Origin: Spirochaetia bacterium
GTDB lineage: Bacteria > Spirochaetota > Spirochaetia > SZUA-6 > Bin103
Direction: 5' to 3'
DNA: 64,000 bases
Assembly: GCA_965208575.1 (NCBI GenBank)
Contig: CBDBOV010000006.1
Span: 928,001 to 992,000 of the forward strand
Shown here: positions 8,781 to 19,325 of the stretch, in pieces
Layout: every line of letters starts with the position of its first letter
Numbering within the stretch: position 1 is the stretch's first letter
Position numbers and translations under genes: made by a program
The notes under the pieces: model-generated
What the model saw: only the letters and a program-made list of their open reading frames with translations
What the model was told of the DNA's origin: nothing
The model's database searches: none

Positions 8781-10589
8781 ATGAAGGTATTCATTGCAAG
8801 GACCTTCGCGGTTGCGTTGGTCCTGATTCTGAGCGCAACCGGCCTCTGGGCTGGCGCTGGCACGGAAGAGGCGCCGGCAGCGGCGATGGAGAAGGAAATC
8901 GTGACCGACCCCACCACCGGCAAGATGGTGACGGCGCCACAGTACGGCGGGACATTGACCTTTCCGTATGCCTTGATAGGCGAAACTACCGACCCCTTTT
9001 TTACTGGCGGCTATGCGGGCATGCTCATAGGCGGTGTCAATCAGAATCTCGCCGTCCCGAACTGGGGTCTGGACAGGAACGAATTCGCCTTTAATGGGCC
9101 TAACGTCCCTCTGTTTACTTGGACAGAGGAGCTGGCGGAAAGCTGGGAGCAACCCGACCCGCTGACCTATATCATCAACGTCCGCCAGGGCGTTCACTAC
9201 GCCCTTGATCCAGACAGTGAGGCCAGCCGCCTGGTAGGTGGTCGAGAGCTAACTGCCGATGATGTCGTATTTAACTTTCACCGTCAGTTGGTGATGGGCG
9301 ATTTCACCGAACCTCCTCAAGAGACCAAACAAGCTTCCTTTCTGCCATGGGAATCGATAGAGGCCACCGACAAATACACGGTTGTTATGAAGTTGACGGA
9401 GCCAAACCTCAATGCGCTGCAGCTTATCATCACCGAAGTTGGGTTCTGGATATTGCCCCCCGAGGTAATCGAGAAATACGGCGACTATACGGACTGGAAG
9501 AACGTGGTCGGCACCGGGCCCATGATGCTGACCGACTACGTCGAAGGCGTCTCCAAAACCTGGACCAAGAATCCTGACTACTGGGGCTACGACGAAAAAT
9601 ACCCGGAGAACCGCTTGCCGTATCTTGACAAGTTAGTGGGCCTGTATATGGCAGAAGAAGCGACCCGTCTATCGGCACTGCGCTCGGGCAAGATTGATAT
9701 GACACGCCTCTCTGGTGCTGAGATACAATCCATCGACGTGGTAAAGAGCCTCCAGCGGACCAATCCCGAACTCGAGGTATGGCCATTTTACCAGCGCTCG
9801 TTGGATGCCATCATACTGAACATTCGCAAGCCGCCCTTTGACGACATCAGAGTACGCCACGCACTGCAGATGGCACTGGACCAGGAGACGATTAACGATA
9901 CCTACTTTGGCGGTTTCGCCGACTGGCACCCTCCTCGCTACATTGGCACCAAGGGGTATTACAACGAATGGGAAGAGTGGCCCGCAGAGCTCAAGGGATA
10001 CTACACCTACGACCCGGAAGGTGCCGAGAGGCTCCTTGATGAGGCAGGATATCCGCGCGACGCGGACGGCGTCCGATTCAAGTTCGAACATCTGCACCGC
10101 GACGTCGGAGATTTGGGCTATGTAGAAATAGTCGCCGGCTACTGGGCTGATATTGGCGTTGATGCATCGATCAGGGTTACCGACTGGGCGACTATAGCCG
10201 CTGCCAAGACAGAACATGACTATGAGTCGATTTATGGCTACATGGCCATAGAGTCCCCGGGCTGGGCCATGGGACATTATGGCGCGGATCTCCTTTGGCG
10301 AAGGGCACACCTGGGGGCCGGAGTCGAGAACCCTGTGCTGGCCGCCGCCCACGCTGCCTATCACGGTGCCACTAGCGTCGATGAGCAGATAAAGGCGGCA
10401 AAAGAGTTTGGTATGGAAGCAATAAAGCAGCACTTTCAGATATGGGGTCCTCTGGCTCCAAGGTATCAGCACAGCCATCCGTGGGTGAAAGGTTTTAACG
10501 GTGAAACCTTGAACACAGTCATGCATGAGCAAAGCGTCCTCGTCCGCCTTTGGATTGATAGTGAGCTGAAGGAATCCATGGGTTATTAG
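8781..10589 (+). CDS. ABC transporter substrate-binding protein, family 5
   Basis: LAESWE, GTGP, DIRVRHALQMALD, YDPEGAERLLDEAGY; signal peptide. Confidence 0.95.
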   Translation: MKVFIARTFAVALVLILSATGLWAGAGTEEAPAAAMEKEIVTDPTTGKMVTAPQYGGTLTFPYALIGETTDPFFTGGYAGMLIGGVNQNLAVPNWGLDRNEFAFNGPNVPLFTWTEELAESWEQPDPLTYIINVRQGVHYALDPDSEASRLVGGRELTADDVVFNFHRQLVMGDFTEPPQETKQASFLPWESIEATDKYTVVMKLTEPNLNALQLIITEVGFWILPPEVIEKYGDYTDWKNVVGTGPMMLTDYVEGVSKTWTKNPDYWGYDEKYPENRLPYLDKLVGLYMAEEATRLSALRSGKIDMTRLSGAEIQSIDVVKSLQRTNPELEVWPFYQRSLDAIILNIRKPPFDDIRVRHALQMALDQETINDTYFGGFADWHPPRYIGTKGYYNEWEEWPAELKGYYTYDPEGAERLLDEAGYPRDADGVRFKFEHLHRDVGDLGYVEIVAGYWADIGVDASIRVTDWATIAAAKTEHDYESIYGYMAIESPGWAMGHYGADLLWRRAHLGAGVENPVLAAAHAAYHGATSVDEQIKAAKEFGMEAIKQHFQIWGPLAPRYQHSHPWVKGFNGETLNTVMHEQSVLVRLWIDSELKESMGY

Positions 10590-10623
10590 AGGGGTTCACT
10601 CCCTGTGGCGTAGCTTGGGGAAA

Positions 10624-10658
10624 AAGGGAGCTGGGGGGTCAAACCGCCCGGCTCCCTT
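10624..10658 (+). terminator. Intercistronic stem-loop after SBP (stabiliser or partial terminator)
   Basis: aagggagctggg..cccggctccctt; homologs at ~17352, ~27782, ~51219, ~59310. Confidence 0.6.
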
Positions 10659-10730
10659 ACCCCTGGAGAGGGCAATGAGATTGCCCCGCCCCGATAGATC
10701 GGGGCTCGCAATGACGGGGAGGAGTGTGCC

Positions 10731-11705
10731 ATGAGAGCCTACATCATCAGGCGGTTATTGCTCTTGATCCCCACCGTGTTTCTATTGAGTATCATAGTCT
10801 TTCTCTCGGTCCGCTTCATTCCCGGCGATGTAATAGACGTAATGTCGGGTAGGTCGTTAACATCTACAGCTTCGGCGGCTGGCGGCAAGATGGACCGTGC
10901 AGCTATTGAGCATTTTCTGGGATTAGACCTGCCTGTCCACGTGCAGTATGGACGCTGGATAGGAAATATCTTCCTGCACGGCACCCTTGGCCAATCACTG
11001 ATGGGCGGTGGTTACAACATAGAGGATAGGATATTTGATAGATTGCCGGTAACCGTTGAGCTTGGCGTCCTGGCAATCGTAATCGGGCTTATGATAGCCC
11101 TGCCCGTCGGCATCTACTCAGCGATTCGCCAGGATACCGCCGCCGACTACGTGGGACGCTCGTTCGCCATCCTCGGCCTGGCAACGCCTAACTTCTGGCT
11201 GGGAATGATGGTCATGATATACCCGGCAATCTGGTGGGGCTGGTCGCCACCGATGACGTGGGTTCCTTTCACCGAAGACCCGCTCGGGAATCTCGGGGTG
11301 TTCATCATTCCCAGCCTGATTCTGGGGACGGCCATGTCTGCGGCCACCATGCGGATGACGCGCACCGTGATGCTGGAGGTGCTCAGGCAGGACTATGTCA
11401 GGACGGCCTGGTCAAAGGGTCTGAAGGAGAGGGTCGTTGTCATGAGACACACCATCAAGAACACCCTCATCCCGGTAGTTACCCTGGTGGGCCTGCAGTT
11501 GCCTCTGCTGGTAGGTGGCTCCGTTATCATGGAGAACATATTCAACCTGCCGGGGTTGGGTGGCCTCATACTGGATTCACTCAAAAACCGAGACTACCCG
11601 GTGGTCTCCGGAATAAACCTGTTTTTCGGCACCGCGGTTATGGGGGCCAATCTAATGATAGACCTGCTTTATCCTTATTTAGACCCCAGGGTCCGTTATA
11701 GGTAA
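10731..11705 (+). CDS. ABC permease DppB/OppB-like
   Basis: PGD, RLPVTVELG, QDYVRTAWSKG, RDYPVV, LDPRVR. Confidence 0.95.
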   Translation: MRAYIIRRLLLLIPTVFLLSIIVFLSVRFIPGDVIDVMSGRSLTSTASAAGGKMDRAAIEHFLGLDLPVHVQYGRWIGNIFLHGTLGQSLMGGGYNIEDRIFDRLPVTVELGVLAIVIGLMIALPVGIYSAIRQDTAADYVGRSFAILGLATPNFWLGMMVMIYPAIWWGWSPPMTWVPFTEDPLGNLGVFIIPSLILGTAMSAATMRMTRTVMLEVLRQDYVRTAWSKGLKERVVVMRHTIKNTLIPVVTLVGLQLPLLVGGSVIMENIFNLPGLGGLILDSLKNRDYPVVSGINLFFGTAVMGANLMIDLLYPYLDPRVRYR

Positions 11706-11723
11706 AGGGGGAAAATCACGAGT

Positions 11724-12653
11724 ATGAGTAATGTCAGAGGGATACCATCACCAGTAAGTGAGCCAAAGAGACGTACCGGGCTGGCTGATTTCTTTAGCAG
11801 GCTGTGGACGGAGAAGCCACTGGGTACTGCCAGCGGGATTATCATATTGCTCTTGATTCTGGTGGCTATCTTTGCCGATGCTCTGGCTCCTTATCCATAT
11901 GATAAAATAAACCTGGTAGACAGGATGCAGGGCTCATCAGCCCAGTATCTGCTGGGTACCGACCACGTAGGGCGAGACTTCTTGAGCCGCCTTATCCACG
12001 GTGCTCGTCTTTCGATAGTTGTCGGTATGGCGGCGACCAGTCTCAATGTCGTGGTGGCTGTCCTGATAGGCGGCATCTCAGGATTCCTTGGTGGTAAATT
12101 GGACCTGGCTGTGCAGAGATTTGTCGACGCCTGGATGGCTTTCCCGGGACTGCTCCTGTTGTTAACCGTAATGTCCATAGTGGGGCAGGGTCTGTTACAG
12201 ATGATAGTCGTCCTGGGGATAACCGGTGGCATCGTTGGCTCAAGAGTAGTCAGAGGCGCCGTTATTGGTGTAAAAGAGAATGTGTATTTTCAGGCGGCGG
12301 AGGTGATTGGCAGCTCAAAATGGAGAACACTCATCCGACATGTCCTGCCCAATATCATGGCTGTCGCAATCATCATATTCAGCATCAACATCGGGGGGGT
12401 GATTATCAGTGAGGCCTCTCTGAGCTTCCTCGGATTCGGCCTGCCATTGGACATTCCTAGCTGGGGCGGTATGCTCAGCCGGGAAGGACGTCTCTACATG
12501 GAGATGGCGCCATGGCTGGGTCTCTGGCCGGGTCTTTGCCTGACTATTGTCATTTACAGTCTAAACATGTTCGGCGACGCCCTGCGGGACCTCCTCGACC
12601 CGAGGCTGAGGGGCGGTGGTAGTCTCGGCGCCGGAGCCGTCGGGTCGGTCTAA
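11724..12653 (+). CDS. ABC permease DppC/OppC-like
   Basis: LGTDHVGRD, HVLPNI, EASLSFLGFG, PSWGGML, GDALRDLLDPR. Confidence 0.95.
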   Translation: MSNVRGIPSPVSEPKRRTGLADFFSRLWTEKPLGTASGIIILLLILVAIFADALAPYPYDKINLVDRMQGSSAQYLLGTDHVGRDFLSRLIHGARLSIVVGMAATSLNVVVAVLIGGISGFLGGKLDLAVQRFVDAWMAFPGLLLLLTVMSIVGQGLLQMIVVLGITGGIVGSRVVRGAVIGVKENVYFQAAEVIGSSKWRTLIRHVLPNIMAVAIIIFSINIGGVIISEASLSFLGFGLPLDIPSWGGMLSREGRLYMEMAPWLGLWPGLCLTIVIYSLNMFGDALRDLLDPRLRGGGSLGAGAVGSV

Positions 12654-12689
12654 GGAGAGCGCGCCTGCGGCGGCCTGGGAGCCACGCGC

Positions 12690-12974
12690 CTGCTGTGGGC
12701 CGTGCACCCCACCGAGCTGATCCTGGTGCTGGGCGTCTCGGGCGGCGTGGTGACCTCGCGGCTGGTCTGGGGCGCGGTGATCACGGTCAAGGAGCACGAC
12801 TACCTGCAGGCGGCCACGGCCACCGGCAGCACCCGGATGGGAGCACTGGTGCGCCACGTGCTGCCCAACGTGGCGGCGCCGATCATCGTGGTGTTCAGCA
12901 TCAACATCGGCGCCGTGATCGACGCGCTCAGGGAACTGCTCGATCCGAGGTTGCACGGCGGCGCGGTTGCGTAG
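12690..12974 (+). pseudogene. Orphan, internally deleted high-GC dppC fragment
   Basis: ILVLGVSGG..RHVLPNVAAPIIVVFSINIGAVI fused directly to DALRELLDPRL. Confidence 0.8.
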
Positions 12975-13028
12975 GCCGGCTGCACGCAGGTCAGGTCAAC
13001 AGCAGCGGCCCGTCGTCTGTCGACCAGT

Positions 13029-14378
13029 TCAGTTGTTCGGCCCTGTCCTGGCGTTCGCCCGGTAGAAGGCCGCTCTGCCCACGCCGCCACGCTCCACGAG
13101 CCCGGCATCCCGCAGCGCTCGGAGTTCGCGCAGCGCCGTATCGCCGCTGACCGCCAGGAAGGTCGCCGCCTCTACCTTGGTCGTGCGCGGACGTTCGGCG
13201 ACGAACTGATACAGTCTGCTCTGACGGGCCGACAGAGGCGACTCGGTGTCCAGCCGCGGCCGAAAGGTGACCACGAAGAAGTTGGATGCCGAAACCTCCA
13301 TCGGAGGGTTGCCGTTCTCCTCCAGCGCCCGCCTGATCCTCGGGATGCCGCTGCCGATGCGTTCCACGTAGCGGGCGCGGAACAGGAGATCGGCCACCAG
13401 ACGATTGCGGCGCACACTGCGCTTGCCCAGGTCTGCCAGCGACAGCCCACTGAACAGGCCGCCGGGGTTCTCGACTTCCAACCGGTCCGCGAAGATGCTG
13501 ACAAAGACGTGCGCGGCATCGTAGTGGTAGTCGCGATGCATGACCGCGTTGGTGATCGCCTCCCGGATGGCGACCGGCGGGTACTCGTACACCTCGCGGC
13601 GTTGCGGGCGAGCGTCCACGAGGTAGGCGGTGCGGATGTTCCTGGTGGTAAAGGCTATCGCACCTTCGATGAGCTCGGGCGGACTGCCGGTTATCTCCTG
13701 CCGATCCAGCACGTTGAGCCGCTCGGTTCCCGCGAAGCGCACGCAGCTAATGTGGCTCTCCTTCACGTAGCGTTGTGGATCCCGTGCGAAGAACAGGACG
13801 CCGCCTTGCCGGAGAGAGATGCCCTCAGCCGCTGGTACCGCCGCGTCGAGACTCGCGAGCAGGTCTTCCGGACGCGCCTGGATGCGGATTTCCGCGGCTT
13901 GCAGGTAGGCACGGTAGCGGTTCTGGTCGAAGTCCCGCGGGTAGCGAAAATGCCGGTTGACGCTCTCGTCGAAATGGTAGTCGCCGGCCTGCAGCACCAG
14001 TCGCCGTATCTCGGCGGTGCTGAGCTTCTGCGTCGTCGCACCCTGCCTCAGGTAGAAGCCTTCCTTGCAGCGATACGGTTTCTGTGCCCCCTCAGCCACC
14101 ACCACTTCCAGCACGCCGCGGCCAGGGTTGGCTACCTCGACCTGAACCGAAGGGTCGCAGTTGCGGGCGATGGCCTGTATCTCGCTGCGAATGCGGTTGG
14201 AGGTGTCGACGCCAACCACCTCGCCGTCATCGTCGACGCCGAGTAGAACCGTGCCGCCCGCGGAGTTCGCGAATGCGACGATCTCACGGTCGAGCCGGGA
14301 CAGCGACTGTCTGAATTCAAGGCGCTGCCCTTCCCCATCGGCCAGGAGGAGGGCGAGACGGCCTGCCGGGTCGATCAT
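13029..14378 (-). CDS. Schlafen/AlbA_2 + RecG-C-terminal-like (HATPase_c_4) + HTH protein
   Basis: EGQRLEF, AFANSAGG..GVDDDG, REAITNAVMHRDY, NPGG, ERIGSGI, C-terminal HTH. Confidence 0.85.
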   Translation of the reverse strand: MIDPAGRLALLLADGEGQRLEFRQSLSRLDREIVAFANSAGGTVLLGVDDDGEVVGVDTSNRIRSEIQAIARNCDPSVQVEVANPGRGVLEVVVAEGAQKPYRCKEGFYLRQGATTQKLSTAEIRRLVLQAGDYHFDESVNRHFRYPRDFDQNRYRAYLQAAEIRIQARPEDLLASLDAAVPAAEGISLRQGGVLFFARDPQRYVKESHISCVRFAGTERLNVLDRQEITGSPPELIEGAIAFTTRNIRTAYLVDARPQRREVYEYPPVAIREAITNAVMHRDYHYDAAHVFVSIFADRLEVENPGGLFSGLSLADLGKRSVRRNRLVADLLFRARYVERIGSGIPRIRRALEENGNPPMEVSASNFFVVTFRPRLDTESPLSARQSRLYQFVAERPRTTKVEAATFLAVSGDTALRELRALRDAGLVERGGVGRAAFYRANARTGPNN

Positions 14379-14419
14379 CTGAGCCAATGTACCGAAGCAG
14401 ATCCAAGACGTACAGTGTT

Positions 14420-14452
14420 TGCGGCGCAACTGCGGCGCAACTGCGGCGCATT
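14420..14452. repeat. 3 x 11-bp direct repeat TGCGGCGCA(AC/TT)
   Basis: Read directly; lies between divergent AlbA-RecG gene and higBA. Confidence 0.85.
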
Positions 14453-14542
14453 GCTGTCTAAGACGGCCGCTCAGCTCGATCGACAACGCGCCGTTGACAG
14501 ACGCTGCTTGTCATGCGAACGGTGTAGCCGTACGCTTGTGGC

Positions 14543-14832
14543 GTGATCCTTCGCTCCGTCCGGCACCGAGGGTTGCGTCGCCTGATCGAGGACGACAACC
14601 CCAGGTTTCTGGGTCAGAACCTTGTCGACCGGGTGCGAAAGATCCTGGCCGTGCTCATCCTGGCTGAAGACATCAACCAGTTCGTCGCCACGGCACCGCG
14701 TGGCTGGCATGTTCACCGACTCTCCGGTGACCGAAAGGACGACTGGAGCGTTCGGTCTCCGGCAATTGGCGGATCACGTTTACGGCAGAGGACGGCACAA
14801 TCGACGGCTTGAACCTGGAGGATTACCACTGA
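14543..14832 (+). pseudogene. higB: HigB/RelE-family toxin with 1-nt frameshift near 14750
   Basis: HRLSGDRKDDWSV continues in another frame as VSGNWRITF..NLEDYH*. Confidence 0.8.
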
Positions 14833-15137
14833 TGGCTAGCGACGGTATCAACGTGAACATGACCCCGCCGCATCCGGGGGATTTCATCCGTACGGAGGTC
14901 ATCGAAGAGCTTGGACTGAACGTTTCGAAGGCAGCCCTGATTCTCGGTGTCCGTCGGGCGACACTGTCGGCCCTGCTCAATGGCAACGCCTCGCTCTCGC
15001 CGGAAATGGCGCTGCGCATCGAGAAGGCGTTCGATGTCAGCATGGACGTGCTCCTGAAGATGCAGGCATGGCACGACGCCGCCCGGATGCGCGCACGTGC
15101 AAGCGAGATCGCGGTCAGGCGCTACGAGTCAGCCTGA
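14832..15137 (+). CDS. higA: HigA-family antitoxin
   Basis: PPHPGDFIR, LSPEMALRIEKAF, LKMQAWHD; ATG overlaps toxin stop. Confidence 0.9.
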   Translation: MASDGINVNMTPPHPGDFIRTEVIEELGLNVSKAALILGVRRATLSALLNGNASLSPEMALRIEKAFDVSMDVLLKMQAWHDAARMRARASEIAVRRYESA

Positions 15138-15329
15138 TAAGGAGCGGATAATTCGCACGCCCAGTGCCGGCAACGCGGGGTGCAGGCGTATCTGAACACC
15201 AAAGAACGCGTGGTTGACAGACTGCGACGGGCGGTGCATCGTGGCTTACTCGGGGTCCTGGACTCGTGCAAACGATGCGTGACCATAACACTCAGCGCTA
15301 CCACCAGTTGACGCAACCAGTACCCCCGT

Positions 15330-15527
15330 CCGGTCCGCGTACGAGGGGGTGCACGTGAAGAGGTAATCCATCCCGCGGCCCGCGATCGACGCCGTGGTCA
15401 ACTCGAAGCTGTCGCCCTCGTCGGAATCGCCTGCGCCGCACACGCGCGGACCGGCACACACGCCACGGGAACAGGCGAGGGAGCGGCACTTGAAGTGCGT
15501 GTTCTCGAAAACAGAGGAGATCAATTC
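15330..15527 (+). promoter_or_regulatory. Type-B SBP leader (SD + GTG AAG AGG TAA at 15355-15366; hairpin 15466-15507)
   Basis: Homologous to 57215-57445; degenerate promoter unit upstream (TTGACA 15214). Confidence 0.6.
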
Positions 15528-17315
15528 ATGAACCTTGTCACGTTCAGAACGTGCCTCGCCGTGCTGGCGAGCTTGGCCATTGCCGCAACCGGCGCCTGGG
15601 CCGGCGGCGAAGAGGAGCAGCCGGCCGCGGCGATGGAGAAGGAAATGGTGACCGACCCCACCACCGGCAAGGCGGTGACCGCGCCAGAGTACGGCGGGAC
15701 ATTGACCTATCCGTATGTCTTAATTGGCGAAACTACCGACCCCTTTGTTACTGGCCCCTATGCGGGCATGCTCATAGCCGGTGTCAATGAGAATCTCGCC
15801 GTCCCCAACTGGGCACTAGATAGGAAAGAATTCGCCTTCAATGGGCCTTACTTCCCTCTGTTTACTTGGACAGGGCAGCTGGCGGAAAGCTGGGAAACGC
15901 CCGACGACACAACGATCGTTTTCAACATCCGCAAGGGCGTTTACTGGCATAATAAGCCACCGATGAACGGTCGGGAGCTCACTGCCAACGATGTCGTATA
16001 TAGCCATCAGCGTATGTTGAGTCTGGGCGATTTCACCGAACCTCCTTTCCTAGCCAGGCCAGTTTACGAATTGCCATGGGAATCGGTAGAGGCCACCGAC
16101 AAATACACGGTTGTTATGAAGTTGAAGGAGCCAAAACTCGATGCGCTAGAGGGTATCATCACGACACCTGACTTCTGGATATTGCCTCCCGAGGTAATCG
16201 AGAAATACGGAGACTATACGGACTGGAAGAACGTGGTCGGCACCGGGCCCGTTATGCTGACCGACTACGTCGAAGGCGTCTCCAAAACCTGGACCAAGAA
16301 TCCTGACTACTGGGGCTACGACGAAAAATTCCCGGAGAACCGCTTGCCCTATATTGACAAGTTAGTGGGCCTGTATATGGCAGAAGAAGCGACCCGTCTA
16401 TCGGCACTGCGCTCGGGTAAGATTGATATGACACGCCTCTCTGGTGCTGAGATAAAATCCGTCGATGTAGTACAGAGCCTCCAGCGGACCAACCCCGAAC
16501 TCGCGATATGGCCATTTTACCTGCGGGCGGATGGCATCATACTGAACATTCGCAAGTCGCCCTTTGACGACATCAGAGTACGCCGCGCACTGCAGATGGC
16601 ACTGGACCTGGAGACGGTTAACGATACCTACTATGGCGGTTTCGCCCAGTGGCAACAACCTCGCTACATTGGCGCCAAGGGGTATTACACCCCATTTGAA
16701 GAGTGGCCCGCAGAGCTCAAGCAATACTACACCTACGACCCGGAAGGTGCTGAGAGGCTCCTTGATGAGGCAGGATATCCGCGCGGCGCGGACGGCGTCC
16801 GATTCAAGTTCGAACACATGCACCGTGACATCGCAGATTTGGGCTATGTAGAAATAGTCGCCGGCTACTGGGCTGATATTGGCGTTGATGCAGCGATTAG
16901 TGTTACGGACTGGGCGACTTTAGCCGCTGCTAAGTCAGAACATAACTATGAGTCGATTTATGGCTACATGGCCTGGGGGAACCTGACTTTCGGCATGGGA
17001 ATGTATGGCGCGGACCTCCTTTGGCGAAGGGCAAGCGTGGGGGCCGGAGTCGAGAACCCTGTGCTGGCCGCCGCCCAAGCTGCCTTTTTCGGTGCCACTA
17101 GCATCGATGAGCAGATGAAGGCGGCAAGAGAGTTTGGTATGGAAGCAATAAAGCAGCACTTTCAGATGTGGGCTCCTCTGGCTCCATTGTATCAGCACAG
17201 CCATCCGTGGGTCGTAGGTTTTAACGGTGAAACCATGCACTCAGTCTACCATGAGCAAAGCGTCCTCGTCCGCCTTTGGATTGATAGTGAGCTGAAGGAA
17301 TCCATGGGTTATTAG
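15528..17315 (+). CDS. ABC substrate-binding protein, family 5 (close paralog of 8781)
   Basis: Same motifs; GAGGAG RBS before ATG 15528. Confidence 0.95.
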   Translation: MNLVTFRTCLAVLASLAIAATGAWAGGEEEQPAAAMEKEMVTDPTTGKAVTAPEYGGTLTYPYVLIGETTDPFVTGPYAGMLIAGVNENLAVPNWALDRKEFAFNGPYFPLFTWTGQLAESWETPDDTTIVFNIRKGVYWHNKPPMNGRELTANDVVYSHQRMLSLGDFTEPPFLARPVYELPWESVEATDKYTVVMKLKEPKLDALEGIITTPDFWILPPEVIEKYGDYTDWKNVVGTGPVMLTDYVEGVSKTWTKNPDYWGYDEKFPENRLPYIDKLVGLYMAEEATRLSALRSGKIDMTRLSGAEIKSVDVVQSLQRTNPELAIWPFYLRADGIILNIRKSPFDDIRVRRALQMALDLETVNDTYYGGFAQWQQPRYIGAKGYYTPFEEWPAELKQYYTYDPEGAERLLDEAGYPRGADGVRFKFEHMHRDIADLGYVEIVAGYWADIGVDAAISVTDWATLAAAKSEHNYESIYGYMAWGNLTFGMGMYGADLLWRRASVGAGVENPVLAAAQAAFFGATSIDEQMKAAREFGMEAIKQHFQMWAPLAPLYQHSHPWVVGFNGETMHSVYHEQSVLVRLWIDSELKESMGY

Positions 17316-17460
17316 CGGGGTTCACTCCCTGTGGCGTAGCTTAGGGAAAGAGGGAGCTGGGGGTTCAAACCTCCCGGCTCCCATACCCCTAAAGAGGGCA
17401 ATGATTGCCACGCCCCGATAAATCGGGGCTCGCAATGACAAGGGGGGGGGGGGGTGTGAC

Positions 17461-18459
17461 ATGAGAGCCTACATCATCAGGCGGTTATTGCTGATAATCC
17501 CCACCGTGTTTCTATTGAGTATCATAGTCTTTCTCTCGGTCCGCTTCATCCCCGGCGATGTAATAGACGTAATAGTGGGTAGGATAGAAACTTCTTATGC
17601 CACCGTTGACCATGAAGCTATTGAGCGTAGGCTGGGATTAGACGTGCCTGTCCACGTGCAGTATGGACGCTGGACAGGAGTGTTGCCGACCCCTGACTGG
17701 GTTACCGGTGAGTCCCACTTCAACGGTATCCTCCAGGGCACCCTTGGCGAATCACTGCTTGGTGATTTTGCGGTAGAGGAGAGGATATTAGACAGATTGC
17801 CGGTAACCGTTGAGCTTGGCGTCCTGGCAATTGTAATCGGGCTTGTGATTGCCCTGCCCGTCGGCATCTACTCGGCGATTCGCCAGGATACGGCCGCCGA
17901 CTACCTTGGGCGCTCGTTCGCCATCCTCGGCCTGGCAACGCCTAACTTTTGGCTGGGAATGATGGTCATGATATACCCGGCAATCTGGTGGGGCTGGTCG
18001 CCACCGATGACGTGGGTTCCTTTCACCGAAGACCCGCTCGGGAATCTCGCGGTGTTCATCATTCCCAGCCTGATTCTGGGGACGGCCATGTCTGCGGCCA
18101 CCATGCGGATGACGCGCACCGTGATGCTGGAGGTGCTCAGGCAGGACTATGTCAGGACGGCCTGGTCAAAGGGTCTGAAGGAGAGGGTCGTTGTCATAAG
18201 ACACACCATCAAGAACGCCCTCATCCCGGTAGTTACCCTGGTAGGCCTGCAGTTGCCTCTGCTGGTAGGTGGCTCCGTTATCATGGAGAACATATTCAAC
18301 CTGCCGGGGTTGGGTCGCCTCATACTGGATTCACTCAAGAACAGAGACTACCCGGTGGTCTCCGGAATAAACCTGTTTTTCGGCGCCGCGGTTATGGGGG
18401 CCAATCTAATGATAGACCTGCTTTATCCTTATTTAGACCCCAGGGTCCGTTATAGGTAA
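17461..18459 (+). CDS. ABC permease DppB-like
   Basis: Family motifs; G13 tract at RBS position. Confidence 0.95.
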   Translation: MRAYIIRRLLLIIPTVFLLSIIVFLSVRFIPGDVIDVIVGRIETSYATVDHEAIERRLGLDVPVHVQYGRWTGVLPTPDWVTGESHFNGILQGTLGESLLGDFAVEERILDRLPVTVELGVLAIVIGLVIALPVGIYSAIRQDTAADYLGRSFAILGLATPNFWLGMMVMIYPAIWWGWSPPMTWVPFTEDPLGNLAVFIIPSLILGTAMSAATMRMTRTVMLEVLRQDYVRTAWSKGLKERVVVIRHTIKNALIPVVTLVGLQLPLLVGGSVIMENIFNLPGLGRLILDSLKNRDYPVVSGINLFFGAAVMGANLMIDLLYPYLDPRVRYR

Positions 18460-18477
18460 AGGGGAAAAATCACGAGT

Positions 18478-18760
18478 ATGAGTAATGTCACAGGGATACC
18501 ATCACCAGTAAGTGAGCCATAGAGACGTACCGGGCTGGCTGATTTCTTTTCCAGGCTGTGGCGGGAGAAGCCACTGGGTGCTGCCAGCGGGATTATCATA
18601 TTACTCGTGATTCTGTGGCGGAGGTGATTGGCAGCTCAAAATGGAGAACATCATTGTCATTTACAGTCTGAACATGTTCGGCGACGCCCTGCGGGACCTC
18701 CTCGACCCGATGCTGAGGGGCGGTGGTAGTCTCGGCGCCGGAGCCGCCGGGTCGGTCTAA
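18478..18760 (+). pseudogene. dppC pseudogene: early TAG and two large internal deletions
   Basis: Colinear pieces of the 11724-12653 sequence, both ends retained. Confidence 0.9.
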
Positions 18761-18774
18761 GGAGAGCGCGCCTC

Positions 18775-18965
18775 GACGGATCGATGATGACGCGCCATGA
18801 CGACAGTCAGCGCAGTGACCGGTTGGCGGTGACGTTCGGTGACCGCCGAGTCGTTGACATGCGCGCCGCGCCTATGCTAGCGTATCTTGCTTGGGGCGAC
18901 GGATGCCGATGAAGCGCCATGATGACAGGCAGCGCAGTGACCGGTTAGTTGTGACGCAGCCAGTG
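18775..18965 (+). repeat. Tandem promoter unit (TTGACA 18854)
   Basis: Homology to 8190/22985 units. Confidence 0.75.
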
Positions 18966-19140
18966 CACCCCCCCTCATTACGAACCGAGAAACAACTAAC
19001 CGCTCCGGCTGATCGCCCCGTACGCGCCTCCGCGCACCCCGTCCCCTCCACTACCGCCGCATCTGTACGTGGCGCCGGCTCGGCCATCGCTGAACCACAC
19101 CCGAAACAGACAACTTCCGTCTTGTCCAACTCACGAAAAG

Positions 19141-19300
19141 AGGAGGTCAAGATGATACTCAAAGAGCCGTGGGCGCGCGCGGCGTGAGCCCGGGTGAACC
19201 CGGCTGAGTCACACGCCGCGCGCTTTCCGAGAATTTGACTCAGACTGGCCGCCTGCGTTGCTCGTGGCCAGGGAGCGGAAATCCGCTCCGCAATACTCTC
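19141..19300 (+). promoter_or_regulatory. Type-A SBP leader, copy 3 (uORF MILKEPWARAA* at 19152-19187)
   Basis: AGGAGG + uORF + hairpin; 5' arm of the second outer stem is eroded. Confidence 0.8.
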
Positions 19301-19325
19301 GAAATAACATTCTAAGGAAGAAACG

